Below are positions 12,786 to 25,262 of a DNA stretch of 64,000 nt, one piece after another; position 1 is the stretch's first letter, and each line of letters opens with the position of its first letter. Origin of the DNA: Ramazzottius varieornatus. Taxonomy: Eukaryota > Animalia > Tardigrada. The position numbers were made by a program, and so were the translations under genes. The stretch covers positions 6,113,591 to 6,177,590 of the forward strand of contig BDGG01000001.1 of assembly GCA_001949185.1 (NCBI GenBank), given 5' to 3'. The notes below the pieces were generated by a model that ran no database searches, was not told the origin of the DNA, and saw nothing but the letters and a program-made list of their open reading frames with translations.

Positions 12786-14841
12786 CTATAAGGTGGTGGT
12801 GCTTATGCTCTTGATTTCGATCGATGGCTCGTAAATGTCGGGGTTGTAGTACGCTGCTGGATAAAAGGTCCGGCTGGAGCTTGGCCGACGATGCAGGCTG
12901 ATACAAAGTACCGCCAAAGTCACAACGATGGTAAGCAGAAACAGGATAGAGCCGGCCAGGAATATACCTTCCAACGCCGTGGTAAAAAGCCGTGGCTCCT
13001 CTACGCTGCAGTTATCTTCAGTCAGTGCAGTAATATCTCGTACCATCATCTCTCGACTGTCAACGCAGTACATGGCAGTGCTTCCCGTGTCAAGCTCGAC
13101 CGGGAGCATCGAGGTATTGGCTGTGGACAGGTAACGACCCATCCAGACATTCCGACAGGAGCACAGCAAAGAGTTTCCTGAAACCAGTTTCAACTGAACT
13201 TTTACCCTGACATACTGTAGAATAAGAAGTCCGTTTGTTATGACACACCGTTTAGATGGAGGACGACATGAGTTCCGTTCTCCGACAACGCTGAGACGTT
13301 CGCAGCGCCCTCTTCGATGATTCTGATCTTATTATCGCTAACATCCAAATCTACCGTTAGGCCTGAATATTCCAGACGTATACCTTCCAGAAATCCGGCG
13401 TAAATTACTCTCATCATGTTGCTGCGCAAGTCGATATAGTGGACACTGGATAGGCCTTCGAAGGAGCCGGCTGCTACCTCCGATATTGAGTTATGGCTCA
13501 GGTCCAGCATGTCCAGATTGTGCAGTCCTCGGAAACTTCCTCGTCGTAGACTGCTTATGGTATTGTTGGCTAAGTTCAGGATGCGTACACTGTTCCAGCC
13601 GGCAAAGTTACCTTCGTTGATTTCGTCGATACGATTATTTCTCATGTTTACAATTTCGACTCGTCTTGTGTGTCGATTGATTAGTTGACTTGGAATAGTC
13701 AGGGCGTTGTGGGACAAGTCGAGAATGCTCAAGTATGGTGTAGTATGGAAGGAATCTGAAGTAAGCTGGCTGAGGCTATTGTTCTGAAGGTACACTTCCT
13801 CCAGGGCAAACGTGTCATGGAAGAATGAAGAAGGAAGAGTGGACAGCTGGTTGTGAGACAGATCGATGCTGTGCAAGGAGGACATGCCGGCTAGTAGATC
13901 AGCCGGTAAATCTCTCAAACTGTTGTTTCGAAGGATCAGTGTCTGGATACCAGCTAAGTGGAGCGGCGAGAAGCTGGGCTCAGCCATGCTGCTGTCTGAG
14001 CCAAAGGAGGGAATGCTGAGTGAAGACAACGAATGACTAATCTCCAGGTGGGTCAGATTGGATAATCTGGCCAAAGTGGAATTGATATCGACTTCCCTGA
14101 TGGCCGTTTCCCGTAAGACGAGAGTTTGTAAATTTATCGGAAGAACATTGCTGTAACAAGAGCTGCGTTAATGTACGAAAATTTCGTAGAAAAAAAACCA
14201 AGAGTCGAAAACTCCATGTCTGAAGTTTCGTTGCCCGGGTTGAGTTGGATTGAACCACTGCCCAACATGGCTCTGATAAGAATGAATTTGTATATTTTTT
14301 CCCGGATTTCGAGTGTTTACCTGTCTGCAGCCGATAATGACGGAAAGTTGCGCAGGACGATTTCCCGTAAATGCTGAGCCCATTGCAACTCCGCTATGGT
14401 CCTGACTTCCGGTGCTCCATCAATGTACAAACCGGACCAGTATAGTCCAACTGTATCGTTCTGCGATGCTCCTGGGATTGCAGTGACGTTCATAGCGGAC
14501 GTGTAAGCGAACTTACCCATATCCCCGACAAAGTCTCGCACGTACAGGAAAAACTCTTGCAGTATTCCACTTTGCTCGAAATGATACAGTATGGTCTGGA
14601 CATGGTTCCATCCCACATTCTCACACTGGAAGAACAAGTCGTCTTCGTCAATCAAGTAACAGCTACAGTTGCTAACCGGCAACGTCTGCAGAGAACCTGG
14701 GCAGGTCGTCCAGTTTGACGGAGACAGGGTACCGTTCGATTGCGGTCTGCTAAAGTCTAGCAGGGGATACTGTCCAAGTACCAGCTGGATGCTTAGCAGA
14801 CACAATAATATCAGTAAGTTAGGTCCCCACTGGATCTCCAT
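12786..14841 (-). CDS. Leucine-rich-repeat type I transmembrane protein (3 exons), no TIR domain
   Basis: Signal peptide (LLILLCLLSIQLVLG) and LRRNT-like cysteines, about 10 LxxLxLxxNxL repeats, an LRRCT (GNSLLCSC..WM), a TM segment (IFLAGSILFLLTIVVTLAVLCI) and a short tail. Exons about 14841-14321, 14150-13250 and 13177-12786 have compatible phases. Confidence 0.88.
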
Positions 14842-15060
14842 CGGAATACTCTAGTTCGCTAACTCTACGTCCTGCATGTTGACCAGCTGTCATAGCCCGG
14901 ATGCTCAACGTGCCCTACAGTCAAAACAGAGATGTACCATATTACAGTGCTCTATGAGTTTCAGTTATGAAAACGGCATCGCGGCTGATAGGACTTTGTA
15001 CATGGATGAGGGTTCAAGCTGGCACAGGCCTACGTGAAAGAAAATGAGGAGCGAGCGCTG

Positions 15061-16405
15061 TTAAGATAAGGCCATCGTAAAAGGTCTTTTGATGTTGGCA
15101 TTAAAGAACGCTGCTTCACGTTGGAAAGAAAACCGACTGGTGCAGTGGAAGAGGACTGCGCCTCCCCCTTTGACGTTCAACCGCTCATGAACTGCAACTT
15201 CGACATTTGTCTCGAAGTCTTTGAGCTCGCAAGCTTTCTTCTGAAGATTAGCCACACAATATTCAGGACTACACTGTCTGCAACTGTAAAGAATGTGTAT
15301 GAAAATTGAAATATGGTTTTGTGAAGATGGATTTTTCAGAAGTGAAGTGCGGGGGATGGGTGGTGGGTGAGATAGCTTAGGCGACATTTCCGTCTTGGCT
15401 TATGCATGGTTCTTGTTCCGTCGGTTGTTCCGTCGGTCTGGTACAGGACACTGCTCATGGGTTACCGTACTCATGATAGTGAGGGTAACAAGGCTTGTCC
15501 GGTGTGTCCAACAAATATGGTCGGCGACCAGTGGCAAGGTCCTTGAGGAACAGCTGGAACAGCCGTTGCATCTCGGCCTGGTTAGGTCTCGAAGCGGCGC
15601 CACCGGTACGAGATTGATGAAGAGTTTTTCTAGCGTGATCGCCCATTGAGATCGACTTGGAAATTAACGGAGTAATGTGGTAAGCATCCACCAAGGGTAC
15701 GCGTCGCTTACAACGAAACCCGAACCAGTTGGACGAACAGCCCGCGCAGCCTTCTGCCAACCAAGAAGTATGCACATACAGCGACAGACGTTTTATAAAA
15801 TTATCCTTCAGTTTGACAGTTTGGAGTGACAACAGATAAAATATTTACTCACCACAGGGGCTGTGAAAGGGGTGTGGCTGGTGTGGGAAACCGCTTCCAG
15901 CGCACTGGTCCAGGAAGTCGGGGGCCGCAGAATGGTCACTTGGCCAATGATGCCAATCAGAGTGCCGCACTTGACTCTCCGACGTAATTTCCTCGTAGAC
16001 GTGACTGTACTGGGAACAGGTATTATACAACCACTTATCACTCGCCACCACGTCCGCACCTTGTAGCACCTGCTGAAGTCCCATATCAACATCCATATGA
16101 CAAGTTTTACCACCACATAAACCGCTGTTCTCTTTGACGTTGTTCGAGTAAACAATAAATCCATATTCGGATCCTGATTCAGCGGATCCTTTTGTAGGTG
16201 TGGCATTATCGGCGTTGGAGTATGCAGGAAGACTTTGACGGCTTTGAAGTTCGTTCGTTGAAGAGGGCTGATTGGGATTGTTCATATCAGCCAATTGCGC
16301 AACAGTTGTCTGACGGACACGATGTCTTCGACAAGGGGTGAACAACTTCCTTATCCAATGCAGTAACTTGTCCATTGTGGGACGCGCCGCTTTCGGCTTT
16401 TCCAT
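15061..16405 (-). CDS. Uncharacterised His/Cys-containing protein, probably 3 exons
   Basis: ATG at 16405. Consecutive minus-strand ORFs (15845-16405, 15455-15832, 15061-15387) are bounded by GTGAGT/GTAACC donors and a TACAG acceptor. No family recognised. Confidence 0.5.
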
Positions 16406-17456
16406 TGAAAATGCTTTAGAATTACTATCCCCGAAAACGATGGGAGTTTTCGGCGATGGTCAAGCGAAGCAAAGTTGAAACTGAAAACTTGTCTAAATCG
16501 AACTCGCCTTTCGCTGTGGTAGACGCAGTCACTGTACCATGTTTAGCCAAGTAACGACATTATTGTACGCCCATAATGTATTAGAAGTCAAAATAAAAGT
16601 GATCATCTTTTAGGTAAACACTGACTTGAACTTGAATGTCTGCCTCTTTGCTCATTAGGCTGTAGACCGGTTGGCTGCTAATCGGGCGATATTCTCGTCC
16701 TCCACGTACAGACCGGCTTATTTGCATATAAGATGTCATTTGCAAACATGCGAACAATGTCAATTCCGTCTCGTGAATTTAATTTCGGAAGTCGAACAGA
16801 TCCCACAAAGTCTTGACCCATCCTTTTTGTTTCATTTCAACTTCCCATATCGCTTTCTAATTATGACAGGTCGTCTGGTGTCTCGTCTACTCCATGAGTG
16901 GATCGTGCAGTACGTGGTCAAGCTAAAGACCGAGAGAAAGAAACATGTGCGGAAAAATTTGGATCGTCTTCGGTTGAACAGTGAAAAACTTTACCAGAAT
17001 AAACAAACTGCGGTGAAGTGAGTCAAAAATGGCTCAAAAGAACTTGCTCAAGTAGAAATGAACAGCGAATACTATGTACGGTGCTTCTTTGCGAATTTCT
17101 ACTGCAAAGACTCGCTAATCGAGACTGTTGACAGTGGAACCCCACCAGGTGCAGTGAATCTCTGACGTTCTCGACGTGATCCACAAGACTACTGCGGCAG
17201 GGATGTGTATCCGTTACTCACCGCTTACTCGACGCAGCGAAGTAGCCTCGCCAAAATCCTTTGTTTATTCACTGACACTGGTAACCGATAGATTCAGTCA
17301 CCGATTGATATATATGGAGCAAGAGTCTAAAATAATACTCATACCTGGCCTCGAGGATCAGTCTTTCGAAGGAAGTCTACGTTAATTGTAGTGCATTCAG
17401 TGAGATTGACGCTCCTGTCCAATACTTCATTGTCCCATTCTTCATCGTGTCCGAAG

Positions 17457-17825
17457 ATGGCGAAGCAGGTCCTGATGGTGGTGGTGATGTTGTTGGTTCT
17501 CCTGGAGGTTTGCACTGGTCAGTTCTTCCGTGGTGGTCGTTACGGCAAACGATCTCAAGGTGGTAAGGAACTCCCACATGCCACTCCCGAAGGTACCAAG
17601 AATCTATATTTCTGTACCTGTACCATCCTACTTGAAACTACTTTGCTTTCAGAACATCCTTTGTCAACGGGAGCGGAGAAACCTACAGGATCCCGACGGC
17701 TAGGATGCCGGTTTGCTGGCGTTGGTTCTTTGTACCGAAGCAGTGATTTAAGTCGTTACCCTAAGCGGTTTTCTTTCGGAAGGCGGAACGAAAGAGGACC
17801 TTCGTCCAAGGCTCTTTTTATCTAA
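17457..17825 (+). CDS. RYamide/luqin-type neuropeptide precursor 1 (predicted pQFFRGGRYamide)
   Basis: Signal peptide MAKQVLMVVVMLLVLLEVCTG is followed directly by QFFRGGRY-GKR. Intron 17563-17652 (GTAAG...TTTCAG). The C-terminal CRFAGVGSLYRS resembles the RYamide/luqin Cys domain. Confidence 0.85.
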   Translation: MAKQVLMVVVMLLVLLEVCTGQFFRGGRYGKRSQGGKELPHATPEGTKNLYFCTCTILLETTLLSEHPLSTGAEKPTGSRRLGCRFAGVGSLYRSSDLSRYPKRFSFGRRNERGPSSKALFI

Positions 17826-18006
17826 TTTATTACCTGACTACTAACCGACCCCAGATTTTTTTTCTGGAACAGCACCTCAACGGTCTACTTATCAACAGCT
17901 TCTGTTCTTGGTTTTTGGTTGCGTCTTTGCTGTGAAGATAAAGTTGGACTGGTTCTTCCTGTTCCGAAACGTAACTGAGAGAATTTGACTGCTAGCGCTG
18001 TATCTT

Positions 18007-18574
18007 TAGACCTGGCAAAAGTGTGATAAAGTGTGGTGTGAGGTTTTTTGGTTTGGTGTTCTTCCACACCGAAACTACTTTTTCGGTGCGAAAGTCACAC
18101 CACTTCTTTCAGTGTGGTCTGAATCGGACACCACTCTTTCGGTGCACCATACTACACCAAACCGAAAACCAGAAAAAGAAAAATTGTACTTGGTAACCGC
18201 CAGGGAGCAAACCTTGGCGCAACAGAGATTTACAAACAGAAACCGAATGACAACAATGTACACACCGAAGCTAAACTTGACGTCGGCATGCTTAATTCTA
18301 CTGGGCCGCTCGGTTTTCCCTGTATGGCCACTCAAGCGTGCCATGCTCCGCTTCACGATCAAGGGATGTCTTCCAATGAAACTGTGCACCAGAAGTTTCT
18401 CGGTTCGGTGTAATGTGGTGTCCTCGGACACCGAAACCGAAAATTCGGTGTGGAACAAACACCAGTTTTGTCGATTTGGTATTCCGCGCACACCGAAAAC
18501 CAAAAAAGTGTGTTTTTTTGGTGTGGTTTGGTAAAACCACACCACACCAAATGGCAAAACCATTGCCAGGTCTA
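18007..18574. mobile_element. hAT-type MITE with subterminal GGTGTGGT/CACACC/ACCGAAA repeats
   Basis: TIRs TAGACCTGGCAA / TTGCCAGGTCTA with a perfect 8-bp TSD TGTATCTT (17999-18006 and 18575-18582). Confidence 0.92.
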
Positions 18575-19600
18575 TGTATCTTCCTTATCAGGCCCAGCGA
18601 AGCGAGGTCCTTCGTATGTGTGATAGCGCTTCATGCTTCGACAAAAACGGTGACACTTTCAGTCATCGCAAACACGGTACTGTATAATCACGCGCGAGTA
18701 GATCGGGGTGGAAGAATGTTTTCATTAGGCTTGAATATGGCCAGAAACGACCGTTTTGGAATTCCGACATGAAAATTAATATTGAGGGACCTAGGCTGGA
18801 CGATCCCCGTATTCAACAGAATTGATCTTGAATTCGGAATACAGGGGAAGTTATAATTGGTTATCAAAATACAAGATGCGGCACGCAGCTAGGTTGGATG
18901 TCAGATATCTGATATTGCTACCACTCGGCTATTCCGATTAATTCTAATTGCAATTAGAATCGAAAACGCCATACTGGAACAACATCGAACTATGGTGGAT
19001 ATCGAGCGCAAGCATGTGCGAATGTTGATAGGGAGATTGAGACTGAGCAGCACAAGCGTTCGAATTCGCTCTCAATCTGTGCAGGAGGACATGCATGTTG
19101 CGTCCGTTTTTCCTCATCCAATAGTACTTTCTTGAATGGATTACGTCAGTACTCAACCTACTCTGAACGACATAGATTATGATGTTCGACCTATGCAGTC
19201 TTTCTGAAGGTGGTGGTGAGTGAATCAGAGCGAGCCTTTCGAACAAGAGGGACGAGAAAAGCGGCAGATGTTTCCACTGGAATTGCCCAGCGTACCTCTT
19301 CATTTCCTGGTTTACGATCTTCAACACCATCAATATCCCAAACACGGCCCCACTTCAGCCACAGCAAACAGCGAATATACATTCATTCATCAATCATTCT
19401 TAGCCTCACCTACAGAACGTTTTCCGAAGTCTACCTATAAAAGTGGGATCCCGCATTGCCACTGACACAGAATCCCCATGCCTTTATCTTCAATACCACC
19501 TGGCTTTCTCGACTCTGTCCATTCCCGTACTGAGCAGTAGAGTTCGTCTTTGCTCCTTTTCTCGATATTCGTCCGTACTGATCCTGCATCCCAATCGAAA

Positions 19601-20118
19601 ATGGCCAGAGTGGTTCTTAATCTACTTCTGCTGTTCGCTTTGCTCGATGTCTGTTTGTGCCAGTTTTTCGTAAATGGAAGGTACGGTAAACGGTCGCAGG
19701 AAAGCTCTGGCTCGTCGGAATTAGAAGGTGAGATTGGGATGGCACTGTTGGTCAATACGACTGTGTGTTCTCTGGTACCTGACAGTAAAGCAAGCTTGAG
19801 TGCACCGAGACCGAATACCTAGAGATTTTGCAGGGATGGGCAACGAGATGGCATCGTCGTCCACGCATGATGCATCTTTGCCACGGATGTACTGTTTCTA
19901 CACCGGCTACCAATCTCTGTACAATTGTCGGAGGTAAGTAGTCATGTTACTGTATTCTACACAGGTCTAGAGTTCGAAATGATGGTGGTACCAACAGTTG
20001 ACTCCTACACGGTCTCAAGCTAGTCCGTTCTGCGTCGATCATGAACTCGGACAGGTCTGTTTTATTCCCCAGACTTGGGACAGACGATGTAAGCACGAGC
20101 AATCGGTTTCCGTCGTAA
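19601..20118 (+). CDS. RYamide/luqin-type neuropeptide precursor 2 (predicted pQFFVNGRYamide)
   Basis: Signal peptide MARVVLNLLLLFALLDVCLC followed by QFFVNGRY-GKR. Exon 2 (about 19833-19932) encodes MYCFYTGYQSLYNCR, the canonical C-terminal Cys pair. Last exon is probably 20073-20118, though an alternative acceptor near 19964 is possible. Confidence 0.88.
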
Positions 20119-21000
20119 GCGTCAGTTCACGCTGGTTTTCGCGAACGGAATGAAACAAAGTTCATCCTACAATTTCTCCACCCGCCAGTGCTACGTCTGT
20201 TTGCCGCACTATGCCGGACCTTCGCATCAAGGAACCTTCAGTGCTCCCCTCAATCAAGTACCGTCGACGACAGTCCTCTATTCCGCGTATCTGATTCCCT
20301 GAGTATAGCCCACAAGGTATCTCGACTTATCGTTACTCCCCTAATCTGGGAAACCATGGCTTACGTAGTACTCTCGCCCGCTCTCGGCATTGAGCGTAAT
20401 TAATCAAGTGTAATACACGACGCCGAAAGTCGTTCCGGCACCAGTCGCGGATACTACTACGGTTTTTTATGATTACTTTTCACGTACCAACCATCTGCTT
20501 GGTTGCTGATCTCATGGCGTATACACAACACAATCGGTGACGCATCAGATAGCCATAACGTCTGCTTTGCGGCCGGGTTGCCCGCCCTCACATACTCTCA
20601 CATGTTCAGACTTTATAATTTCGCACATACAGTAGTTCACTTACTTACTGGCCATTGAGAATGCTTCGGTGAGCTTTTCTTTAACTTACACCGTACTACT
20701 CGGACAAATCAATTGATAAAAACAAAGGAAACCAGAGACGGTCCTTCTATCAGCGTATGTTCGCACGATCTCCCATGATTCTAGCACCCGGGCCATGAGC
20801 TTTACATGAGCAATTAGTGGAAGTAGTAGACCCAAACGATCCTCCGAGTTCAGCCAAAGCACGCTCTCTCACCGAACTTTGCCGGCTTTGAAATCAAACA
20901 GAAGAAAAGGGGGAACTCAAAAGAGGAAAGCTAGCAGACATCTCGATGCACACTGTACAAAAATGACTGCTTCTATTGCAGCTATAATGATGTCTTTCGT

Positions 21001-21929
21001 TCACATGTGTTGCATTCTGGATGCCCTTGACGATTCGTAGGATGTCGCTTTCCTTCCACAAATCATACCACCAATCGTCACAAGCATAAGCAGACCAACG
21101 AAAACACAGAAAAATGCGACCAGACTGCCGTTTGCGGCTTTACCGTTAGATCTTCCGCCTACACCTGCACGCTGAGCTCGGGCTTGTGCGATTGGTGGTG
21201 TATCGGTCGTCGTGAGCAAAGACGTAACTACCACCTTGTACGTCGACGCGTCCACCTTCGTTACCACCTTCGTTGTACCCTCCTCCGCCGGCTGATGTGC
21301 TCCTGACATTGAGTAGGCTTCTGGCTCAGGTTGCTTCTGGTTGCATGGTTGGATGCTCACTGTTTCCACCTGTCGACCATGGGATACCACTTTGTCCAAG
21401 TTTTGGTCGCAGTTGTCGTCTTCCCGGCTTCCATAAAGGCTGATCGCGTCAAGGCTGCTGTGTAGCGAACTGTTGGCGTTAACTTGGAACCTCACGTTAT
21501 CGACCGAGTCAACAGAATGAGCATCTTTGCAATAGAAACTGATATTGTAATCTGTGCTTCGGAAGTGTTTCGCGCATACACGATAGAGATAAGCTCCCGA
21601 TACTCCATTGTACAAGCAGCCGCATAAATCAGCATGGCACTCTGTGGTGGTTACAGTGAAACGCAGGGAGTACGTCGGGCACTTGTAGAGAATTCTACCT
21701 TGAGGTCCATCAATAACAAGCTTCGCGGCCTCCTTGGCCAATAATCCTGGCGATCGAAGGAACACAGCTGATGGGCTAGGATACGTGAATTCTCAGAGGA
21801 ACAGTTATCGCTTGGCTTACCTCTAGCCGGTGCAGCGCCGAAAACTTCCCCGCCCTGAAGAAACATGCTAACGAGACCTATGATCGTAGAATAACTCCAG
21901 AAGACATTCAACTTCTCCAGCAAATTCAT
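21001..21929 (-). CDS. Orphan type I membrane protein with Cys-rich ectodomain (2 exons)
   Basis: Hydrophobic N-terminus. A phase-1 intron (GTAAG at about 21820 to CAG at 21768) joins exon 1 to the 254-aa ORF. Cys-rich region, Thr-rich stalk and TM segment LVAFFCVFVGLLMLVTIGGMIC. Confidence 0.7.
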
Positions 21930-22828
21930 GCTTCTCTTGAGTACTTGTACACTACAACAAGCAATACGACTATGTGGTAGTTAACTGTCTACAAATTAGA
22001 AAAAATATATATGATACTGCGAAACACAAGAGGTACGCACAAGCATTGCGTTCGAGTAGTAAAGTGCGAAGTAAGAAGCCATTATGTAATTCAACGTTGC
22101 TGTTTATTTTGGTATTATCCACATACCAGATAATACAGTAAACCTCGTCAGTTCAGGCGGGGTTTGTGCTGTGATATTACAGCCTCACGTTGTATCAACT
22201 TCCAAATGATTATACGGTACCAAGGCAATCAAGCTCGGCACGGCGTCGATGCTCCAGACCAGGACGATGTTTTCTTCTTTTGCTACAAAATGTGCTCGCG
22301 GTTGTCTTCTCATTTTTTCCGTACGGGTAAATTCCACATTTTGGGCGGGCCAACTGCCCCATCGTAGCGCGGTCAGCGCGAAAAGTTCTGGCTGTGCTGA
22401 ATTGATTATGTTTAGCCGCCCGGTGTGCAGCTTCTCTTCGATTTAACCAATGCGGGTGTTCGGCGATACCGACTGTCGACAAGCTCGTGCCATGATCCAC
22501 CAGCAGGAGGTGCACTCTTGTTTCCAGGTGTCTAAACTTGAGGGTTCACCTCTGCCTGTCTTCTTGGGGTCCAAAAGTTATTCTCGGGATCAACTGCTTT
22601 GGCGTGGGGATGCATCTCTCCTCGGATCATAGCACGAACTTCCTATGGCAGACGGCATCCATGGTTGTACGTACTTGGGTAGTATCTAACCAGTGCTGTA
22701 CGACCACGTTGCATTGTCTGTGATTGTACGAACAGCGCTTGGCCACAAGTCAACTAGGAAAGCTTTCTGCCCACTGAGCGAAGACCTTGGAGAACTCGAT
22801 ATGCAGCCGTGTGACTTGACACTTTAAT

Positions 22829-23072
22829 CAGGCCTGCCGCTGTAAAGTAGCCAATGTGCCAAAAAATTGGTTCCCGTTTGTGGTGCCCGTCATGTGCCTA
22901 TCGACTGAAACTCGGGTCGGTTAATTTAGATGAAACCGGTTTCGTCTACGTGACTGCTCAATGGTTGCAGCGTACGTACACGGCTTGCACACTGGTTCCA
23001 GCCGCGACGTCAGGTTTGACGTTGCCGTTCCCCAGCTGCTTGCCACAGTGGAATTTTCCAGCGGCAGGCCTG
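22829..23072. mobile_element. hAT-type MITE (family A, copy 2)
   Basis: Perfect 14-bp TIRs CAGGCCTGCCGCTG / CAGCGGCAGGCCTG and a perfect 8-bp TSD ACTTTAAT (22821-22828 and 23073-23080). Confidence 0.95.
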
Positions 23073-23996
23073 ACTTTAATGCAGCATGGCGAACTCCCCA
23101 GGCATGGATCTTCAATGGCATGGGTCTTCATGCAGCTTGTGAAACCAGTTCCAATGTCAAGCATTTGACCATCCCTAATTACAAAACTTTTGACAGCGAC
23201 TTCCGTATCGTTGTGACGTGGTGCAAAACATACCCTGTGGCATCCGCGCGAAATAGCCTTTCCCGGGGAATTGAAAGCAGCCATTCAAAAGCTCAATCAA
23301 GTAACTGCGCTTTGCATGATGCAGTACGAGAAGAAAATGTAAAATTTCCAAGTCAGAGCCAGGCCAATCGTACGGCCAGCCAACAACATCACATTCAAAC
23401 GGCTGTGCTCAGCCGTAACGTTCATCTACCTGAATTTACGGACTTTATGTTTGCTTCTCGCATTTCTGATCCCTCTTCGACTTTCTCGCCGACGGTGATC
23501 GATGTTCCAGTGCGAAGCACCTGCGACGAACTTGCTCTGGATATCGAAGGTGAGCTGTATCACAAGCCGCATTCGGAAAAGGACCCAAGCCGAACTATCC
23601 TGAACTGGGCATCTTTTCGACGAAAAGAGGTGAGGAATATCGACAAGAATCCTCTTTTACGCTTTGTCAAGAATCTTGCTTGGTAAATCGTTCGCTGCTT
23701 TCTTTAGGGTCAGATGTATACTAGTCTCACAGTAGACGTCAGACTGTTGCTCCAATCACTTATCGCCGGAAAAGCTGTGGGTGCCGCCGTGCCGGAGCTG
23801 GGCTGCTCAAGCAGAAGAAGCACAACAACGCGTCTCCTTCCACCTTCGACAACACTCGCGCCATTGAAGCTGATAGCAATACTGGACCCAAGGGAGGCCT
23901 CGCGGGATTGATGAGCATGTTTGGTGTTCAGGTAAGCTTGGCTAACATTTCCTACCCGCTTGGCAGAGGACAAATACTGGTATAAGTTTCAAATGG

Positions 23997-24114
23997 GAGC
24001 TCGGCAGAAAATTCGACAAGACCGATTTTCAAACGGCGCACGCTCCCGGCCATTGGAACAGACAACATGCGCCACTTGGGGAAAACCATCTTGTCGAATT
24101 GGCTCACCGAGCTC
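23997..24114. repeat. GGCGCAC-N25-palindrome family, copy A
   Basis: GAGCTCGG..TTCGACAAGA..GGCGCAC-25 nt-ATGCGCCACTTG..TCTTGTCGAA..CCGAGCTC. Confidence 0.8.
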
Positions 24115-25067
24115 GCAAACTGCTCCGAAGATCGCAACAATCTTGCCGCAACAGCCAGGATACCTTTTTATCCGCTGCTCAAAATTAGTAGCCGAGAAGG
24201 CCCATGCACTAAATTGCTCTTTCGCAGGTGATTGTGGAGTATACTCCTAACAGCCAAGAGGATGGAAAGTCTACCGATGGGGACGCTGCTTTATACTATT
24301 ACTGTACGTTAATACCTGAACGTTTCTTGATGAGAGGATAGAAGACACATATTATGAATTGTAATGCGTTACTGTTCACAGTTCTTGCGTTTTACAGAAT
24401 AACAACAAGGGACTTATTTGCTTGTTCTGTCGTGATGTCAAGAATGACAGCTGGGAAGGACGAGACGCTGAGATGATCGTCCATAACGTTCATTTTGGCG
24501 TGGGGAGGTGAAAGGTTCGAGGGCTGCGGAAAGCTCTTCCACCGTGGATGTCTTAAGTTGGTCCTGTTATTGCCGGGAAAGGGCAAATACTCAGAGTATG
24601 CAACAAAGTGCTTCCACTGCGAGTAAGTTTGGAAAAGTTGGTCGGTAGGACTTCTCGTGTGGAGAAATTTTTGTGAAGAACGAGATAGGACTTCACAGTG
24701 CAGTAGGACGTGTAAGCGTACACATGGTTGTAGTCAGTAGGCCGAATACCAAATTTCAACCAATAATTTGCTTTCGGTGAAATTTTCCCCAGCTGGAAAA
24801 TTTTTCTGACCAAGAACCTGGTTTTTTGAGCCAAACACATGTGGTGTTCGGGAAATTTGTACCCTGGTCTGTCACCCGTTTTGCATTTCCCGGTCCGGAT
24901 AATCCTGGGGTGTACCCCTTGTAAGCCGTTAGCGGTAGCGGTAGCGGCACTTCGTGCTTGACAATTTTAGTCTTGTATTTTTTTCGCGATTATTCTGGAC
25001 TGATTTCAGAGCCGATCCTGATTACAGTTAAAGGTGAAGCTGCACCTTGACGAAGTTTCCTGTGTTC

Positions 25068-25117
25068 NNNNNNNNNNNNNNNNNNNNNNNNNNNNNNNNN
25101 NNNNNNNNNNNNNNNNN
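25068..25117. other. Assembly gap (50 N)
   Basis: Run of N. Confidence 0.99.
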
Positions 25118-25262
25118 CGGAATCTTCCAGAGGCAAAAAGTCCGAGGGAGGGCAGAAGAAGCAGGCGAATCCGTCTGATGTAGGGACTTCCGGTGAGTGA
25201 CTGGACGTTCAATCATCCCTGAAACCCTATTTGGATCACCATTTGTACTTTCAGGTCCAACA

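Larger units (their letters stand above)
22207..24250 (+). pseudogene. Decayed gene fragment (weak F-box-like N-terminus), interrupted by a MITE
   Basis: LLLQNVLAVVFSFFPY at about 22277 resembles an F-box start. Many stops and frame changes, a MITE insertion at 22829, and an intron-like GTAAG (23932) ... TTCGCAG (24227). Confidence 0.3.

Noticed and set aside
18031-18772. Cluster of overlapping ORFs on both strands
   Set aside because: They fall in or start within a TIR/TSD-bounded MITE made of short inverted repeats, so they are artefactual.
22961-23686. 241-aa ORF as an intact gene
   Set aside because: Its N-terminus comes from the inserted MITE and the surrounding frames are broken.
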